From Salisapilia sapeloensis CBS 127946 (Eukaryota; Protista; Oomycota): a stretch of DNA of 44,243 bases. Of the stretch, positions 21,202 to 31,832 are shown piece by piece. The notes beneath the pieces are model-generated. The model searched no databases and had not been told where the DNA came from. It worked only from the letters and a program-made list of their open reading frames with translations. The translations under genes were made by a program, and so were the position numbers. The stretch spans positions 1-44,243 of the forward strand of contig JAADVB010000159.1 in assembly GCA_023334545.1 (NCBI GenBank), written 5' to 3'. Position 1 is the first letter of the stretch. Every line of letters starts with the position of its first letter.

Positions 21202-21389
21202 GTTGGTCTGCGTTGGCGTTTAGCGTGCTCCACAAATTTTTATCTTGAATTGAGTATACCACCTGAAATTACATCGAGTTTTTCTGAGACGATGCCAACT
21301 GCGTACGCTACAAGTGGGGTATACCTTAACCAAGTGAAATTGCTTGGTGGCAGACACAAAAGGGTACATCTAAAGTCGAATTGCTCAAG

Positions 21390-23002
21390 ATGGAGCGTCA
21401 GGCCCATGAATTCATCGTGAAGTTTGCACCAAGAGCATTCGATGCGTGGAAAGTACGCAAAGGTGACTTGGAATCCGTTGACGAAAGCGAATTGTTCTGG
21501 AAAGATGCACAGGCGACACAATCCGTGCTGAACCAAGCGGTGAAGTCTCTGCCCACTTCGAGTGCTTTGAAAACATACTTGGCATCCCAGCAATCCATCA
21601 ATGAGCTCGTGCAAGCATTGCAAACGGAGCTTAAAGCTTGTTACGAGAAGGCAAAAGACATCGACGCAAGTGAATCAGATGCCGCAGGATTGTTTAGTGA
21701 AGTGGATGTCGAGGGACAGCTCTCCAAAGGAAGCGACCAGGACCTGGAAAAGGTCCTTGGTACAGACAATGACCTTGCTGATCTGTGCGAAAATGCTGCT
21801 GTTGAGTCTTTGGATGGAAATGTTGCTATAGCGGAAGAACTATTGGCGAGATTCATGCTGGTGAGTGCAAGAGCAGAAAAGGTTGATGACGAAAAGCACA
21901 AAAACGCTTGCATCTTGACTGCTATAGGCGACTGCGCTATTGCTATGGTACAAAACCTCTGGAAAATGCTATCCGCAGACTTTATGGACAAGAAATCGGC
22001 AGAAACGACAGTGGAAAAAATGTTGCGTGTGGTATTTGCTGTCCTTCGCAACGACCTCATGAACGATTCGAAACTCAAGACTGAAAGTGAAGGTTTGTCT
22101 GCCTTTTACACCCCCTCGCTCCATCCTGTTTTTGCATCGGCCGACTATGAGAGTTCCCTTGCTCAATTGTACGCTGTCCAGCTCTTGCTCACGGGCATTC
22201 GTCCACAGTTGCGGAGTGCAGAGACCAGGAGAAAGCGTTCTTCATCTTCCGACTCGGATGTGTCGGATAGCGACACACTGGCTGAAGTGGATCCATACGA
22301 TGCCGCTCTGCGAATGCTGCTGATGGCGTCGACTAAACGATCCAAGTCGTTTGTTCCGGTTGTTTGGAGCCGTCTGCTTCAACTAGTGGAAGACACTGCG
22401 ATCAAGAAAGTCCAACAGATCGGTAGGCAACGCGTGGTCGATTTAGCAGCAACACAACAATCTGTTCTAAGTGCATGGCAGAGCACTTCGAACGACGTAG
22501 CTGCTCTCTTTACCAAAGCTTTGATTAGTTCACTGTCGGATGTGGATGAAATGGATAAACTAGAAGCGCTTGCTTGCGTGAAACGTGCGGTGGAACTATC
22601 ATCTGTGACGGTAAACAAGACCAGCGGGAAGTCTCGTAGCGCTGATGTAGATGCTGCTGTGTCCGCCATTGCGCAATGGGCAACCCCGCCAGCGTTTGTC
22701 ACCTTTGTACAGCAATCGTCGGATGCTCGCAATATCCAGGGTATCATTCGCAAGAACAAGAGAAACACCTTGCTCCTAGGCAGTTTTCTCTCTGCTTCGG
22801 GCGTTACGTCGGTTGAGCTGACCGACGCCATCCAGGTGCGTTGTAACTATCTATTTTCTTCTAATCGATGCTTACTTGTATCTTGCAGGCGTACAAAAAG
22901 GAGGCAAGTGATGAGCAAGACGGCAATGGTCATAATCTTTTCTTTATTGATGACTCGGGTGGGGATACACAAGCGAAGAAACAAAAGACGACGCAAGTAT
23001 AG
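21390..23002 (+). CDS. Uncharacterised alpha-helical protein (~520 aa) with C-terminal LFFIDD motif, 2 exons
   Basis: Long ORF from ATG 21390; the start is uncertain. Intron 22836-22888 (GTGCGT...TTGCAG). Terminal exon AYKKEASDEQDGNGHNLFFIDDSGGDTQAKKQKTTQV* ends at 23002. Divergent from MRPL3 across ~190 nt. Confidence 0.75.
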
Positions 23003-23260
23003 ATCACACGATACGTCCAGTAGTGGCTTTCATTTCATTTCCGTCCTTGATTGTTCTGTTATTTCGTCTCATAAAATATCGGTTGTTTAGTACTACGATT
23101 TGTATCCTGCTTGAGCACACGGTCCGTAGCCAAATTTGGCTCAAAGTCTGTCAGCTTAAAGTCGCGAGTACCACGTCACTCGTGCCTGTCTTTGACGGAA
23201 ACTTGATTCTTCTTCGCGACGACTTGCGTCGACTCGCGTCGACTATATCCCCCACACGTA

Positions 23261-26200
23261 TTGGATCTATGTCTTGAGCATACACTGATGATGGATCAAA
23301 CTAATTATAACGTAGGGATGATGAGCAAGATAGCGGCAGGGAGCAGCATTGCCGCTTGCATTATGGGGGTGCTCCTGACCTCCCAGCCCTCTATAGTATT
23401 GACCCCGTTCTTTGCAAGCTGCTCTTTGGTCTCTGCGTTGCTCATTGCAACTGCACAGTTGATTTTATTGACCATTGGCAGCACTAGCATCTTTCTGATC
23501 CTCCGGTTCTATCAGCTAGAGTATGAACGAGAGGTGACAAGACAGCAAGCAATTGCGCAGCGATATTACCGGCGGTATCGCTCTTCCAAGAAAGTTGCCA
23601 AGCGACCGAGTGGAAAGCAAGTGCCTATCCCGGCCTACATCCATTCGACCTTTGATCTGGAGCCTCCTTTGAATGACGCCATCTCCACCTTTGTCAGCCA
23701 GCTGACGACCGACTATATCGATTACTGGTTTCTTCCATTGTCCCATGGTAATCCAGAGTTCTCGAATGACGTGAAACTCGTTCTAGCCGAGGTATTTAGC
23801 TCTCTCGTGCGTACAATTTGCATGCAAGAGTCAGATTTTGTACTCCAATTCATTACGCGAGCCCTAGAGCTGTTGCAATTGCACCTCGGATGGTTCCGTG
23901 AGACGTATGAGAAACTATCTGAAAGCCATCCAGAGCTATTCGCAGCAGAGCAAACAGAGGAAAACTTGACGCAAAGGCAACGTCTAGTTGCCACTTATGC
24001 CCAGGACGCTCAGTTCTTGCACCCTGGATGCACATCCAAGACGATAGAAACGGACCCCAGTGAGGAAATACCAGAGTCGCAGCAAAAGTACCTTCGCCAT
24101 GTCTCTCGCCAACTCCTGGAACAACTTGCACCCAAGCTGCGTCAGAATCGAGGCCAGTTCTCTGACATGGCATCGCATTTGTTACAGGAAGTCGTTGCCT
24201 TCCAAGTCTTGCAGCCTTTGGCCGAGTACACTCAGCCAAAGTATGCGAACCAATTGGTCGTGGACATTGTGCACGCTTACTTTCCTCCGACGGTGCAGGA
24301 AACTACAAATGTACAAACGAATCTAATGTCGTCGTCGTATCAACTGACGAAATCGTTTCTGTACAAGGCGAGTAAACGTGGTTTGAATACTGTCTACGTG
24401 GACAATTCGCTTCCATCCGGTGTAGATTCTTCGAACGAACTAGAGCTAGACGATGGCGTGATGCTGTCATCTCCAGATAGTGGCTCTTGTGGACGATCGT
24501 CGGATCTGATGGACAATTACGACGATGAAGAGTACGGTCAAGTGGACTCGCCTACTGCGAACGTCAAGCGTCCATCGAAAGAGTCAATGAGTAGACTGAA
24601 GGCGGCTTCTGTGGACGACAGCCGACCGCTGTCAGCACAAAAGGCCGGTCGGTTCATTATGACTCCAATGCACAATTCCATGGCACTCGGTGTCAAAGCA
24701 TCGTCCCAAGCAGCCCGTATGATGAAGCGACCTGGGATGTTCCTTTCGAATGCATTGAAACGAGGGAGTGGAAACGATTCCCATGGACAGTATGTGGACG
24801 AAAGTGATGGGCCTCCTCTATCTGCGTTGCTGGCTATTGAGGCGTTTGTGGACAATTCGAATGGTCCTCCGCCGTTTGTGAAGGATGAAAGGGACAAACC
24901 GACTGTGCCGACGCCACAACCAGAACCATCGACATCATCTGAGCTGCAGGATCGAGTGCTGTCTACATTAGGCAAAGCAGTGGACGAATACGTCCACATG
25001 TACGAGAACAAGGTCGAACTCCGAACGTCTCCAAGGACAAAGGAGTTGTATGCTCTATTGTCCGCATTAGAAGATTTACTCTTGCTAGGATTCCGTGCTC
25101 CTACATCGGAGGATGGTAGTATGTCTCCCAAGCGCCCACCAGAGGACTTATTTGGTGAAATGGAGGTTGAGAATCCGACGCCTTCCGTCTCCTACTGGCG
25201 CTTTTTATCTGCTGAACGACCGTCTAGTCAGATTTTAAACGCCCACTCGTCGTTTGTGGACGCCAAGTGTCCACCTTGTGCCACTTCGGAAGTGTTTGTG
25301 TGTGTCCGAGGCATCCAGTGGCTTTTAGTCGCTTTGGAAAGAGGACGTTTGGCGGAACTTTTTGCCGAGCTACCGTCGGATGAGACGATATGTGAACGTT
25401 ATTACATGCCGGAATTGTCCATTTGGCAAGTATCTGATCGATGCAAGACAGTAGTCGAGTCGTTAAGCAAACTAAGTACGTTGCGAGTCATGTTGGACAT
25501 TCCGACCGCCCTCGGGAGGCCGAAGAAAGCGTTTGTGGAAAGTGAAAGCAACTCGTTTAGCGTTGACAACCTTATCACACGTACCACTCGAGCTCGAACG
25601 CGGACCAATTCCGGGAATAGTATCTCATCCGCTGCATCTTCGAACTTTACGAATATGCACTCGACGTCGTCTGGCGTATCGTCCAGTAGTAACGGACAGG
25701 ACCAACATGCTTATAGAGTTGTCGATAGTGTCGCGGAAGTCGACAGGTACGTACCGATACAAGGGTGGGCATTTATGGGTTTAAAAACATACCCGACGCT
25801 CCCGACGTCCGAGTGGGTGTGGGAAACCGAATGGACGTTAGAGACAGATGACGATAGTGCCGACAGTAGTGGCTATGAATATGCCAAGGCAGCAGATGAC
25901 AAGTACCACCCGCCTCCTGTCACGAAGAAGGATATGTTCAGACGCCGCAAGTGGCTACGTCGGCGTCGACTACTTCCTCTAGTCCTCACGCCAGCTCCGT
26001 CGACGAGTGTCCCCGAGTCACCGAATGGAAGTTCGAACTTGATGGCGTCATCTATGCGGAATGGGTGGAATCGTGCCAAGAACTTGAATCTCAAGACACG
26101 CTTCACATCGTTATCAACAGACTTGGATACCTCTTCACCGAAGAGCAGCGGGAAGAAAAGTTTCGATAAGAACAGCAAGATGGAGAAAGAGCCGCAGTCT

Positions 26201-27412
26201 CCACCATCAGGAAGCAAGGGCGTTGGAACGCCAAAGAGTGTCGGAGGGAACTTTAAATTCGTTCCGTCGTTGAAACTGGGCGATCGAAATGTTATGCAGA
26301 AGATGAGGAGTACGATGAGCACACCGTCGATGATTAGTAGCGGACAGTCAGTGTCGAGTGATGTGCTCAGTCCAGGAAAGAAGGACGAGGAGGAACCGTT
26401 TGTGAGTGACGATGAAGACGGTGTCGAGAATGTCGTGGACATTCACGTTACGTGCACAAATGCGCATGATGAGATGACGTTGGACGACATGATGTTGGAA
26501 GTGGACGTGAATGTCCAGGAGGACATGTTGGAGAAACAAGTGGAACCGCTGTACATGTCTTACATGCTCGAGAAAACGTTTGAGGATTTTATGCGATTGG
26601 AAGTGGACGTTGTCAATCTGTCCTACAAGCCTGAGATGGACACTATGCTACAGGAAATGGACACTATTCCGTCCTCTTGTTGGCCGTCGAATGTCCAGAA
26701 TAGCGACTTGGACCTCGCGGATGTTCCTGCTATGCTCACTCAACTGCTTGCGTTCATGGTCCAGCATTGTCCACATCTCAAGTCCAGCAGTGCCTTCCAG
26801 CACTTTGTTCGATCCGGGCAGAAATTGGTGGAAGACCCATCGTCTCTGACCACGCCAACGAACAAAAGGTCCAAGTGGCGGTCGTTCAACATGAAGGCTC
26901 CGTCCATTAGTGCGCCCAGTGTCCGCATGGCCGCAAAACCTCGACGCGTGCAGGAGTTGGAAGTGAGTCTCGTTTCGACATTGAACGAATTATTTGAACT
27001 AGATGGCATTGGTTTGGTTCGTCGCCAGCTCTTCAGTATGCTCCGATCGTTCATCCGAGCGTTTTTGAGCGCCAGTCACGTCCGGACGCTGGAGAAACAG
27101 TGGGCACACATGCTGCTACCTGCTCAGGCAGCAGAAATCATCGAAAGTCTTCGCACTGCAGTGGTAGCGACAGAGAAGAGTCCAGAGGTCAACCCGAAAG
27201 AAGCGAGAGAAGCGAGTATTCAAGCTCTACTACAATGCGTTCCGTCGGCTCTGTCGTCGCTCTTTGGCGAAGGCACGTGCGACAATGGAGCGCTCAAGCT
27301 GCATGAGATGCTGCAGCATGAAGTGTTTGTAAAGAACTTGGGCTTTACCCTGCTGGACGAACTGCTCAGCAGTTTGTTTCCGCAGATGGAGCAATATACC
27401 AAGGAGAATTAA
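23261..27412 (+). CDS. PXA-family sorting nexin (SNX13/14/25/Mdm1-like) with architecture TM-PXA-RUN-DysF-PX(degenerate)-PXC/Nexin_C, ~1370 aa
   Basis: N-terminal hydrophobic helices. PXA-like segment (ISTFVSQLTTDYIDYWFLPLS...LLQEVVAFQVLQPL). RUN-like segment (LLSALEDLLLLG...QWLLVALERGRL...RYY). DysF-like segment (EWVWETEWTL...GYEYA...RRRKWLRRRR). PX-like EKTFEDFMRLE. Nexin_C-like LHEMLQHEVFVKNLGFTLLDELLSSLFP. The true start may be a later Met (23288-23321). Confidence 0.85.
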   Translation: MDLCLEHTLMMDQTNYNVGMMSKIAAGSSIAACIMGVLLTSQPSIVLTPFFASCSLVSALLIATAQLILLTIGSTSIFLILRFYQLEYEREVTRQQAIAQRYYRRYRSSKKVAKRPSGKQVPIPAYIHSTFDLEPPLNDAISTFVSQLTTDYIDYWFLPLSHGNPEFSNDVKLVLAEVFSSLVRTICMQESDFVLQFITRALELLQLHLGWFRETYEKLSESHPELFAAEQTEENLTQRQRLVATYAQDAQFLHPGCTSKTIETDPSEEIPESQQKYLRHVSRQLLEQLAPKLRQNRGQFSDMASHLLQEVVAFQVLQPLAEYTQPKYANQLVVDIVHAYFPPTVQETTNVQTNLMSSSYQLTKSFLYKASKRGLNTVYVDNSLPSGVDSSNELELDDGVMLSSPDSGSCGRSSDLMDNYDDEEYGQVDSPTANVKRPSKESMSRLKAASVDDSRPLSAQKAGRFIMTPMHNSMALGVKASSQAARMMKRPGMFLSNALKRGSGNDSHGQYVDESDGPPLSALLAIEAFVDNSNGPPPFVKDERDKPTVPTPQPEPSTSSELQDRVLSTLGKAVDEYVHMYENKVELRTSPRTKELYALLSALEDLLLLGFRAPTSEDGSMSPKRPPEDLFGEMEVENPTPSVSYWRFLSAERPSSQILNAHSSFVDAKCPPCATSEVFVCVRGIQWLLVALERGRLAELFAELPSDETICERYYMPELSIWQVSDRCKTVVESLSKLSTLRVMLDIPTALGRPKKAFVESESNSFSVDNLITRTTRARTRTNSGNSISSAASSNFTNMHSTSSGVSSSSNGQDQHAYRVVDSVAEVDRYVPIQGWAFMGLKTYPTLPTSEWVWETEWTLETDDDSADSSGYEYAKAADDKYHPPPVTKKDMFRRRKWLRRRRLLPLVLTPAPSTSVPESPNGSSNLMASSMRNGWNRAKNLNLKTRFTSLSTDLDTSSPKSSGKKSFDKNSKMEKEPQSPPSGSKGVGTPKSVGGNFKFVPSLKLGDRNVMQKMRSTMSTPSMISSGQSVSSDVLSPGKKDEEEPFVSDDEDGVENVVDIHVTCTNAHDEMTLDDMMLEVDVNVQEDMLEKQVEPLYMSYMLEKTFEDFMRLEVDVVNLSYKPEMDTMLQEMDTIPSSCWPSNVQNSDLDLADVPAMLTQLLAFMVQHCPHLKSSSAFQHFVRSGQKLVEDPSSLTTPTNKRSKWRSFNMKAPSISAPSVRMAAKPRRVQELEVSLVSTLNELFELDGIGLVRRQLFSMLRSFIRAFLSASHVRTLEKQWAHMLLPAQAAEIIESLRTAVVATEKSPEVNPKEAREASIQALLQCVPSALSSLFGEGTCDNGALKLHEMLQHEVFVKNLGFTLLDELLSSLFPQMEQYTKEN

Positions 27413-27431
27413 TCAAGATACATTTCTTTTT

Positions 27432-27911
27432 TTATTGAACTTGTTTCTTCTGACCACGATGGCTACTTGCACCTTCTTCATTATCCTTGATGGCTCTCTC
27501 CAAGTTGTTCAGTTTCTGCTCAATGCGCGTCTTTTGTTTCTTCCGGACGACCTGGTTGACTTCCTTTAGCCGGTCCTTGCCACTCGCATAGACATCTTTC
27601 AACCCTAGCGATTCCCCACTGCGCACGACACGACTGGCGACCACTTCCTCAATGTTCCGGTTAATGGCTGAAGTGACGGACTTGTCACCCGACTTTTTAT
27701 ATAAACTGAGATTGCGCCGAATTTCTGTTGTCGGGTCTGGACAGACATGGAAAATTAAAATGTGGACTGGACAATCGAAAAACGAACTGTACGTACTTCC
27801 TTTGCGCGTGTACTTGGCCGAGTTCTTCTTGTGCGAGTACGAAGGCTTGGCCTTCTTCGTCACGTTCTTCTTCCCGCTCTTCTTGCTCAAATAGTTCTTG
27901 CCTTGAGCCAT
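27432..27911 (-). CDS. Small basic DUF2462/UPF0390 (C19orf53-like) protein, 2 exons
   Basis: MAQGK start at 27911, Lys-rich. In-frame 60-nt intron 27796-27737 (GTACGT...GTCCAG) gives YTRKGNPTTEIRR. Contains VTSAINRNIEEVVASR, resembling the DUF2462 core as recalled. Confidence 0.7.
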   Translation of the reverse strand: MAQGKNYLSKKSGKKNVTKKAKPSYSHKKNSAKYTRKGSTYSSFFDCPVHILIFHVCPDPTTEIRRNLSLYKKSGDKSVTSAINRNIEEVVASRVVRSGESLGLKDVYASGKDRLKEVNQVVRKKQKTRIEQKLNNLERAIKDNEEGASSHRGQKKQVQ

Positions 27912-29087
27912 GACTAGGACGTTGGTGTGTGTCTTCGGTTGGTGTGGGAGGTGGCTCACTGAATAGATGCTAGTTGAAGTTATTGCAGGCCACTTTGGGA
28001 AAACGTTCAGTGCGAATAAAATGGAACGAGGTAGCCGGTCGGTTTAATGGACGAAGAGCAAGATGAAGATGATCGGATTAGTGTCACGTCGTTGTTTGGG
28101 GGATATGCTAGCGGGCAATTAGCCAGGAGGTATACCAGCTACATGATGGGACAGTGCGAGACTGGATATCCTCAGACAGGATCTTTGCTTGTCTTCAGGT
28201 CGATGCAGCATCGCAGTCTGAGATTGTGGGCTCGAAAGGATATCACATCGTGAGTACCACGGAAACGGAAAGGAGGGTACGTTTCGCCGATCGCCGATCG
28301 TAGCTCTGTCGTGTTGATAGCGTCTACTATCTCGCCCAGATCACCCAAGCAAACTTTGTGACGTGGAAACCTGGCCCGTCCGTAATACAGTCTGTTTTGG
28401 CGTGACCGAATGTACATCCGATAATGGTATTTTTCTAGATCATATAAAACTCATGCAAAGGATCTATGGAAAGATAGTTGAACTAGAATTAGACATCTAT
28501 CCGGTGGCAGGAAGGCACTGAATGGAAACTTTAAAATTTAGATCTAGCAACAAAGCACTGGCGATATCGACACGAGATGCTTCAGCTCCTTGCTCCAGGG
28601 TAGCCTCGTGTGTCCAACGTACTCTTACGACTGCCATCCTCGAGTCGGATTTTCGAAACGCACACGTGAAGATCAAGGGGATCCTCAACAGCCGTTGCTC
28701 CGGTTTCACGTCGGCAAATCCGGTCCTGCGGAACGATGGAAGGCATAATTTTCTTTTTCCTCGACTGCACACTCCAGCGTCCTCTACCACAAGAAGGCGC
28801 GGTATACTTTCAAGGAGTCTAATCTCGGCAGCTGGTCGCATTGGACGTTGTTAGGGTTTTTTGCAATCAACGAGCGAGAGAGGAGAGCCCAGACAGACAG
28901 ACTCGAGTGGGCAGAGATTGCCCCCAGATTGCCTTTCACTTTTTATTTGACAAGACACCTCCGTCGAGGCTCGTATCAGGAAACACAGACACGCTAAGAT
29001 TGCCTTCTAGTTCTTGTCTCTGCTACCTCACCTCGTGGCTCGTCCTTGTTGTTGCTACAGAAACGGAGAGCCGTGCCTTTCCACAAC

Positions 29088-30458
29088 ATGCCGCACACAC
29101 CCATTCCAACAGATATGATGACAGCCGCGCACATACGATCGCAGGATGCCGAGACGCCGCATCTGCCCTTCAAGTCTGGCGGCGAACAGTCGCCGTCGAC
29201 AACCACGGAGCACGTCGAGGATTTCCCACCTGCAAACCGCTGCAACCGGTCGCAATCACTAGGCACGCCGCCCATCGTTGCTGTTGCCCCGCCAGAACCT
29301 CAATCGACGCCTCCGCCTGCCACTGCCATGTTGCAGCAATGCACGCCGCAGAGAGCCCACTCATCCTGCAGTCAACAGGACAGTCTCCGTCGCACCATGT
29401 CGGCGGAATTCAAACTGTCGCTGCTGCAAGAGGAACTCGGGTATCCTCGACGGAAACTATCGCGACCGCGTCGTTCGTCCATCGAAAGTGACGCGAACTC
29501 GTCCCACCGACCGCCACGAGCTAGTCGCCATCGCTTGTCCAGTAAGAGCCGAGGCCAGTCGGCGGACACGTCCGATGACGACAGCAGTGGGCATGCCAGG
29601 TCCCTGCGACGTAGCAGCGTTGGGAGCATGATGAACACACCGCCGAGCAGCCGGCACGGCTTGCGACTGACCAACAGGAGTGAGCCTGACCCGGAGCAAG
29701 ACCAGTCGAACGAGCAAACATTCAGCGACGATGAGTTGATCGATACTCGAGTCGACTCGGAGGACGAGAAGGAGAATAGGCCACGTGTGCAAATCAACAA
29801 GGGCTTGACGCAGGAAGAAGAGGAGCACTTCCTCGATCGACGCGTCGCCCACGTCTCGGGGTACACTCGCGATACTGACGGAGTCGTGTACTATGAGATT
29901 ATGGTCCAGTCGGAAGCGTACGGTCCGCTGTCAACGTACAAGGTTCGTCGCCGGTATTCGGAGTTCCGGGACTTGTACCGTGGTTTGAGTCAGATGATGT
30001 CCCGGTGCTCCAGTCGGGCGGAGAGTCAGGCGCAGCTGCAGTCGATAGACGAAATGAGCAGTGAGGAGATGAGCTCCGAGTCGACCGTGGCACTGCCTCC
30101 GCTCCCAGATAAAGGGGGCATGTGGGCGTACCTTCAATTCGATCACGTTTCGCTCTTGGACCGAAGAGCAGAGTATTTTAACCTTTTGCTCAAGGCGGCG
30201 CAGAAGCACAAGGAGGCGAAGCGCAGCTGGCTCTTGAGTGAGTTCCTCGGCATGCCTCCGGATGCTATCGCTCGACACATGAGTGTCGAGAACAGTTATG
30301 TGAGTTTAAATCGTTTTTCGGCGCCGCAGCTCGGCCTGCAAGTGGAGCTGCAGGAGCGTCGGCAGATGGCGAAGCATATAAGTATGAAGCGCAGTTCGTT
30401 AGGCGAGATTTTTGCTCCGTTGGAGAGTACGAAAGAAGACGAGCGACTGTCGCGTTGA
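29088..30458 (+). CDS. PX-domain protein with long disordered Ser/Arg/acidic N-terminus
   Basis: PX motifs VVYYEIMV, YKVRRRYSEFRDLY, LPPLPDK, LLDRRAEYFNLLL, LLSEFLG. First ATG at 29088 lies just downstream of a probable 5'-UTR acceptor (ttgctacag, 29060). Confidence 0.85.
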   Translation: MPHTPIPTDMMTAAHIRSQDAETPHLPFKSGGEQSPSTTTEHVEDFPPANRCNRSQSLGTPPIVAVAPPEPQSTPPPATAMLQQCTPQRAHSSCSQQDSLRRTMSAEFKLSLLQEELGYPRRKLSRPRRSSIESDANSSHRPPRASRHRLSSKSRGQSADTSDDDSSGHARSLRRSSVGSMMNTPPSSRHGLRLTNRSEPDPEQDQSNEQTFSDDELIDTRVDSEDEKENRPRVQINKGLTQEEEEHFLDRRVAHVSGYTRDTDGVVYYEIMVQSEAYGPLSTYKVRRRYSEFRDLYRGLSQMMSRCSSRAESQAQLQSIDEMSSEEMSSESTVALPPLPDKGGMWAYLQFDHVSLLDRRAEYFNLLLKAAQKHKEAKRSWLLSEFLGMPPDAIARHMSVENSYVSLNRFSAPQLGLQVELQERRQMAKHISMKRSSLGEIFAPLESTKEDERLSR

Positions 30459-31832
30459 TGTCACCTTGCCGTGTGCTTTGTTCAAGTGTATACGTACGAG
30501 AAAAGGAGATAAGGAAAAAAGAAATGCATACTTGTATTATTGCCGCTGATGGAGGTTCGTTGGAAAGTTTCGACTGCATGGTAGCGGATATACGCACGCA
30601 TGGATGATGAAAAGAATTTGGCTCTAGGCTATTTATGGTATTAGAAAAGATGCGTCGGAGGAATGGGTACTAGGGACGTTGATACTAGGGAATGGCAGTC
30701 TACTAGTCGATTATATCGGTTGTATAAGTGTTAAGGACGTGTAGAGTAGGCTGACTGTTGTGAGTTATGGTATCGTTGATATAGAGCTGCTTGTGATCCT
30801 GGTTCCATCTATGTACGTTGGGATGATAAGAATATCCATTGCTCTTTGCTGATCATGAAGTTGCGACTTCCGGTCCACTTTGTTGACCATGGTCTACTGA
30901 ATGTCTAGGCGCAATATCCATCAGCCGCATGGAGGATAAGGATGCGAGCAAGGTGCTGATCCGGTCAGACTCCACCTGCAGGCTGATACATGGAATAGAA
31001 CAAAAGGAGATTACCATTAGTTTTGGAGCCATAATGTTCGAAGCTTGACTAGAAGGGAAGTGGCTAGTCCGACCAGAGCCCATTTAACAGTTCAGGAATG
31101 ACAGCAGGCATATGCAATTGAGGAGCAGAGGAATTAAGTGGAAGACATGTGCACATTTAGATGGCTGATGACGAAGGGAGCTGAGTATGGTCTGGAAAGC
31201 AAGTAAAATGAAAAAAGATGCGGAAAAGAGAATAGATCTTCAACCTGGATCTTCCAGTAATCTAGGATATAGGAGGTACATGTAAAATGGAAGATGTAGC
31301 TTCTGGTCGACGGAGACGTGCGTATGAAAGACGCCGGATCTTTCGTTTCAGCACTTTGTCATCGAGATACTGTATAATTGAAGCTTTCACCTATGGCATT
31401 GTCTACATTGATGGTGCCGATCAGAGCTTGCTAGATAGAAAGGATAGAGGTGATTAAAAGCAAGCAAACCATGCGCTTTTGAGAAAGATACGAGGGCAAT
31501 GAGAGCATCAAGGGCGTCTACTTATTATTCGTGCACCTCGTAACTATTGCTAATGAGGGAAATGCACGCCAGATAAAGTTGTGTGCTGATGAGAAGCATC
31601 CATAGCATCTATCGTAGGCTAGTACTGATCCAACGGTTGGCATTGAGATTGGAAACAACAATATGCGTTCTATATTTTGATAAGTCTGTTGAAAGGCGGA
31701 GGGGTCACCATGTAACCGAACAACGGAAACCTAGAACGGTAACCCTGACAAGAACAACCGACACAAGAGCTGAGTATGCATGACTGCGTCTATATTGCTT
31801 TACATCTGCTAGACCGTGTACGTAGTGAACGA

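Noticed and set aside
23217-23244. Short period-10 tandem (CGACTTGCGT CGACTCGCGT CGACTA) just upstream of the sorting nexin
   Set aside because: Only ~2.5 imperfect units; could be a promoter element but there is no second occurrence to support it.
28000-29060. ORFs 28497-28841, 28522-28854 and 28841-29491 between the DUF2462-like and PX genes
   Set aside because: No domain motifs; overlapping on both strands; better explained as divergent promoter and 5' UTR sequence.
30460-31830. Purine-rich plus-strand intergenic tract with box C-like (ATGATGA) and box D-like (CTGA) words, possible snoRNA
   Set aside because: No terminal stem or properly spaced C/D pair identified; the skew fits ordinary 3'-UTR composition.
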